Shown here one piece after another: positions 8,908-17,044 of a DNA stretch of 64,000 nt; position 1 is the stretch's first letter; each line of letters starts with the position of its first letter. Both the position numbers and the translations under genes were made by a program. The stretch covers positions 1-64,000 of IMG/VR virus record IMGVR_UViG_3300012984_000568, one strand, 5' to 3'. Under the pieces are notes generated by a model. The model worked only from the letters and a program-made list of their open reading frames with translations. It was not told where the DNA came from and ran no database searches. The stretch comes from a virus.

Positions 8908-10280
8908 TGGCCGTCGTCCCGCGAAAGACCAAGACAGGAACCACCTATCGGGTCACGGTTCGAGACGCCGAGGGGAAGCAATTCTGGGAACCCGCCGGGT
9001 CCGATCGCCGCGCCGCACAGTCGCTCGAACGCAAGCGGAAGCGCGAGGTGCGCGACGGCACTTTCGCGCGCGGGAAACGGCCGACCATGCCATTCGGTGA
9101 GTTCCTCGCGGCGTGGGGGAAAGATCGCCGCAACCGCAACGCAGACGACGACCGGCGAATCATCGACACCCACCTGTGCAGCCGCCCGTGGCTAGCGAAT
9201 CTGCCGTGTGAAGAGCTTCGCCCGCTACACGCCGAGCGACTCGTACGTGAGTTGCTCGAAACCGTGAGCTCTCAGACAAGTCGCGCGCTCGGCGAAAAAT
9301 ACGTCTCGAATATTTACGGCCTCTTCCGCACGGCGTGCAGCGACGCCCGCCGACAAGAGCTCATGTTCGTCGACCCGTGCATCCTGCCGCGCGGCCTTCT
9401 GAGTCGGAAGCACCGCCGCGGAACGCGGCAGCCCTACGCCATCGAGAACGTGACGAAGTTGATCGGCCTACAAACCGAGGCGGGCGTCTTCGCCGCGTTG
9501 GCGCTGCTCACGGGCATGCGCGAGGGTGAGATCTGCGGCCTCCGATGGCGCGATGTCGACGAGGAGGTCAAGACTCTGGGCTGCATCAAGCTCACCTCGC
9601 AATACGACGGTCAGCCCCTTAAGACGGAGCGAGGACAGGGCGAGCACTCGCGGAACATCCCGATCCACCCCGAGCTGGGCCGCAAGCTCGCCTGGTGGCG
9701 CAGCAAAGGCTTCGAGCTCACAAACTGTCGCAAGCCGGGCCCCACAGACTTCATCGTCGCTCGCCGAGAGCGCGGAAACCTCGAGCGGCTCGTGAACCAC
9801 ACCAAGAAGAGCGGCGCCAAGCTCTGGGCGCGTGCCTGCCGTGAGGCCGGCGTCGAGAGCCAGACCCTCCACGCCACCCGCCACACCTTCATCACGCTCG
9901 CCCGCCGCGCCGGCGCCCGAACCGAGGTGGTCGAACGCATCACGCACAACTCGTCCGGGACGATCGTCGACCACTACACTCATTGGGACTGGGAGCCGCT
10001 CTGCGAGGCGGTCCTCGCAATTCGGCTCCCAGAGCCCGTTGCCAAAAATGTTGCCGCGCTTGCGGCGCGGCCCATTTTTTCCGTTCAAACAGAGTGGAGG
10101 CGCCGGGAATTGAAGTCGGTTCCTCAAGTAGTCCCGCGGGCAATTCTACGTCAATCCGTGGAATTGCAGCCTGATTTCCGGACGCGGTTTCCTGCGCAAT
10201 TTCACCGGTCAGGTGCAGACTTGGCCGCGCGTCAAAGTCGGGGCCGTTTGGGGGCGGAGAATCGAACAGCGAGCCGATAG
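8907..10280 (+). CDS. int: Tyrosine recombinase/integrase of the small element; ORF reads through the att core
   Basis: TGMREGEI, LHATRHTF, ITHNS, VDHYTH catalytic motifs; EWRRREL is the antisense tmRNA 3' end translated. Confidence 0.92.
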   Translation: MAVVPRKTKTGTTYRVTVRDAEGKQFWEPAGSDRRAAQSLERKRKREVRDGTFARGKRPTMPFGEFLAAWGKDRRNRNADDDRRIIDTHLCSRPWLANLPCEELRPLHAERLVRELLETVSSQTSRALGEKYVSNIYGLFRTACSDARRQELMFVDPCILPRGLLSRKHRRGTRQPYAIENVTKLIGLQTEAGVFAALALLTGMREGEICGLRWRDVDEEVKTLGCIKLTSQYDGQPLKTERGQGEHSRNIPIHPELGRKLAWWRSKGFELTNCRKPGPTDFIVARRERGNLERLVNHTKKSGAKLWARACREAGVESQTLHATRHTFITLARRAGARTEVVERITHNSSGTIVDHYTHWDWEPLCEAVLAIRLPEPVAKNVAALAARPIFSVQTEWRRRELKSVPQVVPRAILRQSVELQPDFRTRFPAQFHRSGADLAARQSRGRLGAENRTASR

Positions 10281-11358
10281 CGAGCACGGCGGCGCACAGC
10301 TCGGACCAGTCGCGGTGCGTGTAGCGGTCCACGATGTCCCCCTTGGCGTTGTGCGTCACCTTGGAGACCACCGCTTTGTCGCCCCCACCACGGCGCGCCA
10401 GCGTGATCATCGTGTGCCTGGTCGAGTGCAGGGTCTTGTTTGGGATGCCCGTCACCTTGAGCGCCTTCCGGGTGAAGAGCTTCGAGAAGCTCGACTTGGT
10501 ATGGTGCGGCGCCCTGGCCCACCGGCTGACATTGGGTACGATGTAGTCCTCGGGGGTCGGGGCTCGGCCCATCAGCTGAACGAACCCGACTCGAGCCCAG
10601 TGCTCCAAGATGCGCTGCAGGTCAGGGTGCACGGGCACCACGCGGCGCTTCTTGGTCTTCAGCGCCCGCCCGCCGTATTGGGTCCCGACCTCAAGCGCCC
10701 AAAGTGGGGTGGGGGCTTGGTCGAGGTCGCTCCAACGACGCCCGCAGGCCTCGCCCTCGCGCATGCCGCCGAGCAGGCAAAGGGCCAGGAGCACGCGGAT
10801 CGGCTCCGGGATCTTGTGGTGCGAAACGAGCACCGCTGTCTCGGTACGCGTGTAGGACTCGCGTTCCTTCGGGTCTTCGTCCGCAAAGTAGCCGCGGGGC
10901 AGCACGCACGGATTGGCCGTCACGAGTTCGGCGATCTGCGCGTCGCGGAACATCGTGTTCAGCGCGCCGTACGAGTTCTGAAGCGACTTCAGCTTCACCT
11001 TGCCGGCAATCTTGAGCTGCTCGAGCGCGGCCATGATGTGACGCGGCCGCACTTCCTCGATCTTGAGGCCGGCGAACTCTGGCAACGCGAGAAAGCGGCC
11101 GAGGTTGCGGCGATCGTCGGGTGCCGAGATGTTGCGGCGCGCGGCGCCCCACGTGGTGCCGTACTCAGCAACGGTCGGCTCGGCCGTCTTTTGGTTCGGG
11201 CGAAACGTGCCCTGCTTCACCTCGCGCTTGCGTTGCTTGTCGAGGCGTTGGGCTTCGCGCTTGTCGGTTCCGGAGCGCTCATTGTACGCAGCGCCCTGGA
11301 ACCAGGTGACGACGTAATAAGTCGTCACGTGCTTCCGCTTCTTGGTGACTACAGCCAT
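9940..11358 (-). CDS. int: Prophage tyrosine integrase; ORF reads through the att core
   Basis: GGMREGEA, LHSTRHTM, VTHNA, VDRYTH; clearly homologous to 8907-10280. Confidence 0.92.
   Translation of the reverse strand: MAVVTKKRKHVTTYYVVTWFQGAAYNERSGTDKREAQRLDKQRKREVKQGTFRPNQKTAEPTVAEYGTTWGAARRNISAPDDRRNLGRFLALPEFAGLKIEEVRPRHIMAALEQLKIAGKVKLKSLQNSYGALNTMFRDAQIAELVTANPCVLPRGYFADEDPKERESYTRTETAVLVSHHKIPEPIRVLLALCLLGGMREGEACGRRWSDLDQAPTPLWALEVGTQYGGRALKTKKRRVVPVHPDLQRILEHWARVGFVQLMGRAPTPEDYIVPNVSRWARAPHHTKSSFSKLFTRKALKVTGIPNKTLHSTRHTMITLARRGGGDKAVVSKVTHNAKGDIVDRYTHRDWSELCAAVLAIGSLFDSPPPNGPDFDARPSLHLTGEIAQETASGNQAAIPRIDVELPAGLLEEPTSIPGASTLFERKKWAAPQARQHFWQRALGAELRGPPRRAAPSPNECSGRRSSRTSCA
10094..10114 (-). 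repeat. att core: 3'-terminal fragment of tmRNA (ssrA) or tRNA-Ala at the element/prophage junction
   Basis: Minus strand TTCAATTCCCGGCGCCTCCAC = T-loop, T-stem 3' strand and alanine-type acceptor strand; the rest of the gene is absent; lies between two integrases. Confidence 0.8.
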
Positions 11359-11651
11359 CAGCTCGCCTTCTTTTTTGCGCGTTGCTGCTCCAAGTACGAT
11401 TTCAAGTCGCTCACGTAGAAGCGCAGCAGCGAGCCGATTTTGAACGAGGGGATCTCGTTCTCGCGCGCTCGCTTTCGGAGCACTTCGACCGGCATCTTGA
11501 GGAACGTCGCGGCCTCTTCGCTCGTCAGCACCTCAGGCGGCAGCGACACGAGCGCGCTTTGCGCGAGCAGCGCTGCCTTGACCTCGGAGCGAACGAGCTC
11601 CGCGAGCTGACCGGCAGTCATGGTCACCATCATCATTTTCGGATCGGTCAA
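11358..11651 (-). CDS. xis: Excisionase-family HTH_17 protein
   Basis: EVLTSEEAATFLKMPVEVLRKRARENEIPSFKIGSLLRF; coupled to int. Confidence 0.85.
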   Translation of the reverse strand: MTDPKMMMVTMTAGQLAELVRSEVKAALLAQSALVSLPPEVLTSEEAATFLKMPVEVLRKRARENEIPSFKIGSLLRFYVSDLKSYLEQQRAKKKAS

Positions 11652-11911
11652 GCTGCTCTCCTCGCTGCCAGCTGCGCCAGCACGGACTCGCGGGTGTCAC
11701 CTTCGCGCCACGCTTGTGCGTCGACCTCGTCAATGCCGACGGTGGGCGACTTGCCATCAACGCGGGGGAGCAATGCGCGCACCTTCGACACGCCTTCGAG
11801 CACCGCGCGCAAACGCGTCGCGGCCGTCACCACGGCGAGCGCTTTCACTCGCTTGCGATGCCAGACCCACCAATCAATGGGCGCGAGCTGTTCTTCGGAA
11901 GCGTTCTGCAT
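11648..11911 (-). CDS. Phage hypothetical protein
   Basis: Stop overlaps the xis start; in operon. Confidence 0.55.
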   Translation of the reverse strand: MQNASEEQLAPIDWWVWHRKRVKALAVVTAATRLRAVLEGVSKVRALLPRVDGKSPTVGIDEVDAQAWREGDTRESVLAQLAARRAA

Positions 11912-11918
11912 CGGTCCC

Positions 11919-12377
11919 TCAAACGGCTTTTCGAAGTGGTTCTTGCCAAACGCCGAGTTCGTTCAGCTCGGCCCAAATCGCTCGCAGGCGCTCGCACTCT
12001 TGCTCTTGGAACGTGAGCCGCTGGGCGGCATCGAAGTGCGCGAACACGCCTTTGCCGGCGTGGAATAGGTCGTGATGCCTGCGGCACATCGGCAGCAAGA
12101 AGCGGTCAGGCGCGGTCTGACCCATGCCCTTGCGGGCGTCACCCTTGCCGTCGATGAGGTGGTGCGGGTCGGCCTTGCCGCAGCGCTTGCCACCCACACA
12201 GCAGGGGAGCGTTTTGACCCACGCCTTGTACGCGGGTTCGTCGCCAGGCTTCGGGCGGCGAGCCTTGCGCTTGAACGCAGTGCGCTTGAGTTCGCACACG
12301 CGAGCCAATGGCTTGGCCGCGAGCAGCGAGCTCGTGGAGCGCAGAGGCGACTTGCGGCGCAAGGGCGTTCGCTTCAC
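11919..12377 (-). CDS. DUF968/Ref-like His-Cys nuclease-family phage protein
   Basis: YKAWVKTLPCCV..ADPHHL..GMGQTAPDRFLLPMCRRHHDLFH. Confidence 0.75.
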   Translation of the reverse strand: MKRTPLRRKSPLRSTSSLLAAKPLARVCELKRTAFKRKARRPKPGDEPAYKAWVKTLPCCVGGKRCGKADPHHLIDGKGDARKGMGQTAPDRFLLPMCRRHHDLFHAGKGVFAHFDAAQRLTFQEQECERLRAIWAELNELGVWQEPLRKAV

Positions 12378-12505
12378 TTCCACCCCACAACGAGGTGATG
12401 CCACAAGCATCCGAAACCGTGCTCAACGCCCAAGGCGAGCAGGGCACCGACTATCGCGAGCAGAACGATCGCGCGTACGTAGTCCTTGTCGCTGGGCCCG
12501 TACAT
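12374..12505 (-). CDS. Small membrane protein (43 aa, not in the ORF track)
   Basis: MYGPSDKDYVRAIVLLAIVGALLALGVEHGFGCLWHHLVVGWK; TGATG and GTGA overlaps with both neighbours. Confidence 0.6.
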   Translation of the reverse strand: MYGPSDKDYVRAIVLLAIVGALLALGVEHGFGCLWHHLVVGWK

Positions 12506-12957
12506 CAGCCGACCCCCAGCTGCCGTACCCAGCGGCGCACCTGCGACAGCTCACCGCCGCGCTTGCGGCTCGGCCGGTCCCACGACTCCTCGCGCGTCAG
12601 GCCGTCGTCGACGAACCCAGCCGCGCGCAGGGACGTCCCAGGCTCGTCCAGACGCGTGTACGTGCGAGCCTGCGTGTAGCCGATGCTGCCTGCTGCTCGG
12701 CACAATGCGCCGTAGAGCTTCGAGCACGCATTCTTTCTGCCATCCGTAGCGCAGCGCGTGATCTCGACGATGCGCCGCCCGCGGAGCGCCGGCGCCTTGG
12801 GCTCGCTCGCCATGGCCACGCCGGCGAGCTCGTCCCCGACGTAAACGGCCGATGCGAACAGCCCGCCCACGACCTTGGGCAAGTGCCGGTGCAAGAGCTT
12901 CACCTGCTTGCGCGCGCCCGTGATGCTCAGCGGGCGAAGCTCGAGCCGCTCTCCCAT
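12505..12957 (-). CDS. XF1762-family / Mom-like GNAT-fold protein (putative DNA modification)
   Basis: LELRPLSITGARKQVKLLHRH..GVAMASEP..EITRCATDGRKNACSKLYGA..YTRLDEPGTSLRAAGF; GGAG RBS before ATG 12957. Confidence 0.8.
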   Translation of the reverse strand: MGERLELRPLSITGARKQVKLLHRHLPKVVGGLFASAVYVGDELAGVAMASEPKAPALRGRRIVEITRCATDGRKNACSKLYGALCRAAGSIGYTQARTYTRLDEPGTSLRAAGFVDDGLTREESWDRPSRKRGGELSQVRRWVRQLGVG

Positions 12958-13322
12958 TTGGACTCCAAAGGTCGACGCCGGCTGCGCCGAAGCGCTTCCC
13001 GTCTGCATGACGGAGCACGCGGGCCGGCCAACGCTCGCTGTTCGGTTTTTGTGGTCAGCCGAGCCCCAAGGACTTCCACCCTGGTTCCGGGTACGGAGCG
13101 GGCTCCACAACATTGGGCGGACCCAAGAGTTTCGCTGACGCTCCTGACCGTTGCTCGACGCTGTCTCTCCAGCTGTCAAAGTGTCGACTGTGCACACCGC
13201 TCGGGCCATCGAGCATTGGGACCGTGGTCCGTGCCCGGTTTGGCCTTGTTGCGCCACCCGCGATTGGTCGCAGCCGTTACTGACTACGAATGTTGCCGTT
13301 TTTGCATCCGCGGCCGACACTG

Positions 13323-13394
<72 letters not shown>

Positions 13395-13568
13395 ATAAGC
13401 CAGCGGTACGGCGCACACAGCCGCCGAAGCAGCCTGCCTTGGCACCCCACGATCGCGCCGCTGGCAGCACGCTCGTGTCGCTTTGCATCAACGCTGACTC
13501 ACCAATGTCTTGGGTGAGCCAGCTCCGCTCAGCGATATAGGAGTTCTTTCGCCCCTCAAGTGCGGGGC

Positions 13569-13646
13569 TGGGCGCGCGGTCAGGGGTCGAACCTGACTTG
13601 CCGTGCACGGCGTTCCCATAGCGAACCTCGCGGTTCACTCGCGCGC
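13569..13646 (-). ncRNA. tRNA-like RNA (acceptor stem, T-arm and CCA; non-canonical D and anticodon region)
   Basis: GCGCGCG...TCAGG-TTCGACC-CCTGA-CCGCGCGC-CCA, with internal GTGAACC-GCGA-GGTTCGC and GCCG-TGCA-CGGC hairpins. Confidence 0.55.
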
Positions 13647-13859
13647 TTGGCACTGACCCGTGCCACGGAGTCTCGTAAATTATCTGCCCAATATGGGCGC
13701 TAGAATCAGCTCGGTAGGTTTGATGGCTCTCGTGGTCGCAGGCACTCACGCACGAGGCTTTCACCTCGACCGCCGCATGGCTTCCTCCCTTGGAGCATTG
13801 CGAGATGCACGCCGTGACGATAGCAAGCCGCACAACGAGCATCCAGAACGAGAGCGCCT

Positions 13860-14018
13860 TCATTTGGCGTTACCTTTCTGCGGGTAGACGCACACGTCGA
13901 AAAAACCGACCTGCCAATCGCCGCCAGTCGATGAGCAGCGCTCAGCGCGGTACTGCTCGATGCACTCGATGGTGACGATGCCGAAGAGCAACGCGATGAG
14001 CGGGAAAAAGAACTTCAC
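13860..14018 (-). CDS. Small membrane/secreted Cys-containing protein
   Basis: VKFFFPLIALLFGIVTIECIEQY..RCSSTGGDWQVGFFDVC; AGGAGG RBS; coupled overlaps. Confidence 0.55.
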   Translation of the reverse strand: MKFFFPLIALLFGIVTIECIEQYRAERCSSTGGDWQVGFFDVCVYPQKGNAK

Positions 14019-14344
14019 GCCGCCCTCCTGGCGCTGAACACGCGGTCCCACTCTTGACGAAAAAAAGGCCCAATCTTCGGCGCGTCGAGCAGCTTGGCGA
14101 CATTCGGCGCAACCTTGCCGCTCTCCCAGCGCTTGATCGTCTCGAAATGGACACCCACATCGAGCGCCGCACCCTCAAGGGTGAGCGATGCAGAGAAGCG
14201 CGCACGGCGCACGCAACCACGCAAACGTGCGCTGGTGCTGCTTTCTGCCGTGGCGATGCTCTGCTCATGCTCACGACGACGCGCAGCGACATCGCAAGAA
14301 GAAGACAGCGCCTCTCCCGAGAAACCGGGCCGCCTCAGCGCCAT
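14015..14344 (-). CDS. XRE-family HTH protein (CII-like position)
   Basis: RRARFSASLTLEGAALDVGVHFETIKRWESGKVAP. Confidence 0.7.
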   Translation of the reverse strand: MALRRPGFSGEALSSSCDVAARRREHEQSIATAESSTSARLRGCVRRARFSASLTLEGAALDVGVHFETIKRWESGKVAPNVAKLLDAPKIGPFFRQEWDRVFSARRAA

Positions 14345-14556
14345 GGGATTTGGTCCCTTTCAGCTTCGGCATCCACCTGGCGGCGGATACGCTCCGCTTC
14401 GGCCTGGTCGAGCAGCTCGGTGAACGAGTCGCGGCGTTCTTCGCGGTGTTGGCGATGCTCAGTGCGCAGCACGGCTGCCAGGCGAACCAGTGAGCGCGCA
14501 GCCACGAACAAGCCAACGAGCGACACGATGGCCGCAATGACCTGCACCGCGTTCAC
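14335..14556 (-). CDS. Small membrane-anchored phage protein
   Basis: N-terminal hydrophobic helix; coupled to the cro-like gene. Confidence 0.5.
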   Translation of the reverse strand: MNAVQVIAAIVSLVGLFVAARSLVRLAAVLRTEHRQHREERRDSFTELLDQAEAERIRRQVDAEAERDQIPWR

Positions 14557-14795
14557 GCTGCCCCCTTGCGGCGCTCGGGGCGCAGCGGGATCGTCCAGAG
14601 CTCTGGGGCGATGCCTTTCTTGGAAAGAGCAACGACCTCCCGCACGTTGGCTTTCTTGTGCAGAGTAACGATGTCACTGATCGCCGATTGGCGCAGACCA
14701 ACATCGTCACCGAGCTCCGTCTGGGTCTGACCTTTCAGCAGCTCCACCAGGGCCGCCCAACCCTTCGTTTTGCCGATGTTTCCTGGCTTCCTCAT
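14553..14795 (-). CDS. Cro-like HTH protein
   Basis: QTQTELGDDVGLRQSAISDI...GIAPELW; divergent from the cI-like gene. Confidence 0.75.
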   Translation of the reverse strand: MRKPGNIGKTKGWAALVELLKGQTQTELGDDVGLRQSAISDIVTLHKKANVREVVALSKKGIAPELWTIPLRPERRKGAA

Positions 14796-14810
14796 TCGCG
14801 GGAGCAAGAA

Positions 14811-14845
14811 ATATCACATACGCGATATTATCGCAATCGCAATCT
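14811..14845. promoter_or_regulatory. Repressor operator pair between cro and cI
   Basis: ATATCACATACGCGATAT and TTATCGCAATCGCAATCT; AT-rich; matches the array at 15971-16020. Confidence 0.7.
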
Positions 14846-14894
14846 TTCTCCGCCCTTGTCGCCGGGTCGCAAACACCGAGAATGCTTCTGGAAG

Positions 14895-15335
14895 ATGGCC
14901 GCTGAGTCGGAGACGAAAGAAAAAAAACGTGGTGCACCGCCGCCCGAGGAGATGAAACAGCTTCCGCGTCGGCTGAAGGAGGAATTCCTTCGGAAGAAAA
15001 AGAAGGACGGCCTCACGCAGCAAGCAATCGCTGACGCGACAGGGCTATCCCAAGGACTCATCAGCGATCTGATGGCCGAGCCGCTCACCGAGGGGATGAC
15101 CGTCGCCGCCCTGGCGCTGATCTGCAAAGAGATGAACGTCTCCCTCGACTACATCGTCATGGGCGTGGGCGACGAGGCGCCGAAGCTTCACCGGTCGCAG
15201 CCGCCTCGTCCGCTTCCACCGGCCGAGCGGTCTTTACGCGAGAGCGAGACGCCCCCGGCGATGTTTCCTCCGGAGGCGAAGCCTCCGCCTCCGGCTGCCC
15301 CTGGTAAGGAATCGTCCCGCAATAAAGCGCGCTGA
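14895..15335 (+). CDS. CI-like XRE repressor (no S24 peptidase domain; Pro-rich tail)
   Basis: GLTQQAIADATGLSQGLISDL...LALICKEMNVSLDYIVMG. Confidence 0.8.
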   Translation: MAAESETKEKKRGAPPPEEMKQLPRRLKEEFLRKKKKDGLTQQAIADATGLSQGLISDLMAEPLTEGMTVAALALICKEMNVSLDYIVMGVGDEAPKLHRSQPPRPLPPAERSLRESETPPAMFPPEAKPPPPAAPGKESSRNKAR

Positions 15336-15653
15336 CGCGCCCGACGTAGTCCTCCGATCCGTGGGCACGGATCGCGAGGCGTCTGCGCCCCGGAAGAACG
15401 CCGTAAATGCGGGTCTCAAACTGTCCGCTGGGTGTCTTTCGAATCATCGCGATCGCGCGTTCGCGCGGCTCGTTCCCCTGTCCGCTCTTCTTCACTTCAA
15501 GCCCTCAGAAAAAACTAGAAACCCCTGACTAGGATTTAACCCCATCGGGTGATTCTGTGTTCCGGTTTCTTACAAAAACGACACAGCTGCATTTTGCCTT
15601 CCTAAAGGTGACGCCCGGCGGCATCTTATGCCGAGCCGGCATGATGTTCCATT

Positions 15654-15941
15654 GTGCGCGTGGTAAAGCCTGCTGCGCGCCGCGTCATGCTGCGCCTCGG
15701 TCTTCGCGTGATCGAAGAGCGCCAAAAAATTGACACGACCCAAGAGGAGCTCGCGGAGCGCCTCGGCTTATCGAGACGTCAGATGAACCGCGTCGAAGCG
15801 GGCGACGCCAACATCAGCTTGAGCACGCTGGTAGAACTCGCTGCGGCCCTCAGGGTCGAGATCGCGGAGCTGTTCACCTTGCCAGCCAAGAGCACCGCAC
15901 GCCGAACGGGGCGCCCGGTTCATAAGAAGTCGCGCACTTAG
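15654..15941 (+). CDS. XRE-family HTH transcriptional regulator
   Basis: TQEELAERLGLSRRQMNRVEAGDANISLSTLVELAAALRVEIAELF. Confidence 0.85.
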   Translation: MRVVKPAARRVMLRLGLRVIEERQKIDTTQEELAERLGLSRRQMNRVEAGDANISLSTLVELAAALRVEIAELFTLPAKSTARRTGRPVHKKSRT

Positions 15942-15970
15942 AGTCGTTCGTCGGACCGGCCGGGTAAGTA

Positions 15971-16020
15971 TTTTTGCGATTGTGATAATTGCGTTTGCAA
16001 TAATATCAGGAACGCGATAT
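15971..16020 (+). promoter_or_regulatory. Three tandem repressor operators / early promoter
   Basis: TTTTTGCGATTGTGATAA, TAATTGCGTTTGCAATAA, ATATCAGGAACGCGATAT directly upstream of the early operon. Confidence 0.7.
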
Positions 16021-16029
16021 CTGTAGGGC

Positions 16030-16242
16030 ATGACCAACGCCGCAATGACCGCCGCCGCTACCGAGATCGTCTCCTTCGCCGAGCTCCACGACGGCAAAGA
16101 GCGCGTCACGGAAATCGCCACCTACGGCTTCAAGGGTGAGCTGACGAACGAGCTCGGCTTCCCGGTCACGAACCCCGACGAACGCTTCGAGTTCCTCAAC
16201 GCCATCCAGGACCACGCGAAGTCGATCGCGGCTGGTTTCTGA
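16030..16242 (+). CDS. First early gene, hypothetical
   Basis: Follows the operators; typical codon usage. Confidence 0.65.
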   Translation: MTNAAMTAAATEIVSFAELHDGKERVTEIATYGFKGELTNELGFPVTNPDERFEFLNAIQDHAKSIAAGF

Positions 16243-16272
16243 GAGTCCCCGCGCGCCGCTCCTCGTTCCGAG

Positions 16273-16333
16273 GGGCTGCAGCGACTGAGCCCCGGCTGTC
16301 CCCCCCTCCGCCGCTGGTTCGTCACTGCAGCCC
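16273..16333 (+). ncRNA. Long hairpin with C7-rich loop (candidate sRNA)
   Basis: GGGCTGCAG/CTGCAGCCC, GAGCC/GGTTC and CGGC/GCCG stems; loop TGTCCCCCCCTCC. Confidence 0.45.
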
Positions 16334-16591
16334 ACTCGGGCCGAGCAGCCCGAGGGAAACACGACTGAGGGGCTCAACAGCCAACCAATCGAGACAGCCA
16401 ATGCGCACCAGACTCACAATCGAATCTGACCAACCAATCATGGTCTTGGTCATCCCACTGCCGCAACGTGTCGAGCGTCGAGCTCCGCGTTGCGTGATCG
16501 TCACCACGGGTTATTCCCGTGACTCCGAGCTGCCGCCGTCGGGCCCGGCGGCGAGCGTTCAACCGTTTCCTCCGCTCCGGAGGGCAGGGTA

Positions 16592-17035
16592 GTGTCCGCG
16601 GCGCAAGTTGTCGGTGCGCTGCTGCGCTTTCCCGGTGGCGAGCACATCCCGCAGCCGCCCAGCGAAGAGGCGCTCGTGGCGCAGGCGAAAGAGTGGGGCG
16701 AGCTCGCGGCGACGCATCATTTCGGCGCGCGTATCGCAATTGCGCGCGGTGACTACAGCGCCGCTGTGAACCACTTGGTTCACGAGCGCGGCAAGATCGA
16801 CCAGATGATCGCGATCATGAAAGAGGCGCGTGGCCTGCCCACTGGCAAGCGCGCGCTCGAGCTCGAAGCGCTGCAGCTGGTGCTCGGCGCGGTCAAAGAC
16901 GAGTTCGCTTTCCTGCCGGGCGTCACTGGCGACGACACGGCCAACACAATCGAGGCAGCGGCAGAGCGCGTCGACAATATCCAGGCGCGTCTACTGACTC
17001 TCGCCGAGGGCTTTCGTCACAACACCGAATCCTGA
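16592..17035 (+). CDS. Phage hypothetical protein
   Basis: 147 aa helical ORF in the early operon. Confidence 0.6.
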   Translation: MSAAQVVGALLRFPGGEHIPQPPSEEALVAQAKEWGELAATHHFGARIAIARGDYSAAVNHLVHERGKIDQMIAIMKEARGLPTGKRALELEALQLVLGAVKDEFAFLPGVTGDDTANTIEAAAERVDNIQARLLTLAEGFRHNTES

Positions 17036-17044
17036 CCGAACGAC

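Larger units (their letters stand above)
6349..10114. mobile_element. Small (~3.8 kb) integrative element / possible phage satellite remnant
   Basis: xis-xis-int module ending at a tmRNA-like att core; degenerate tRNA-like 3' end at 6349-6377; TTGCC direct repeats inside both ends (6390-6403, 10039-10055). Confidence 0.55.

Noticed and set aside
10094-10114. Intact tmRNA/tRNA gene
   Set aside because: Only the 3' ~21 nt are present and the 5' T-stem strand is broken, so it was treated as an att fragment
13569-13646. Possible amber suppressor tRNA (contains CTA) explaining the TMP stop
   Set aside because: CTA is not centred in a 7-nt loop with U33, and there is no proper D-arm
13660-13735. 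Fluoride-riboswitch-like words (CATCAAACC...GCTGAT)
   Set aside because: The required GATGG 5' motif and pseudoknot pairing are not present
15157-15495. Minus-strand ORF overlapping the cI 3' end
   Set aside because: No recognisable domain and overlaps the repressor; could not be supported
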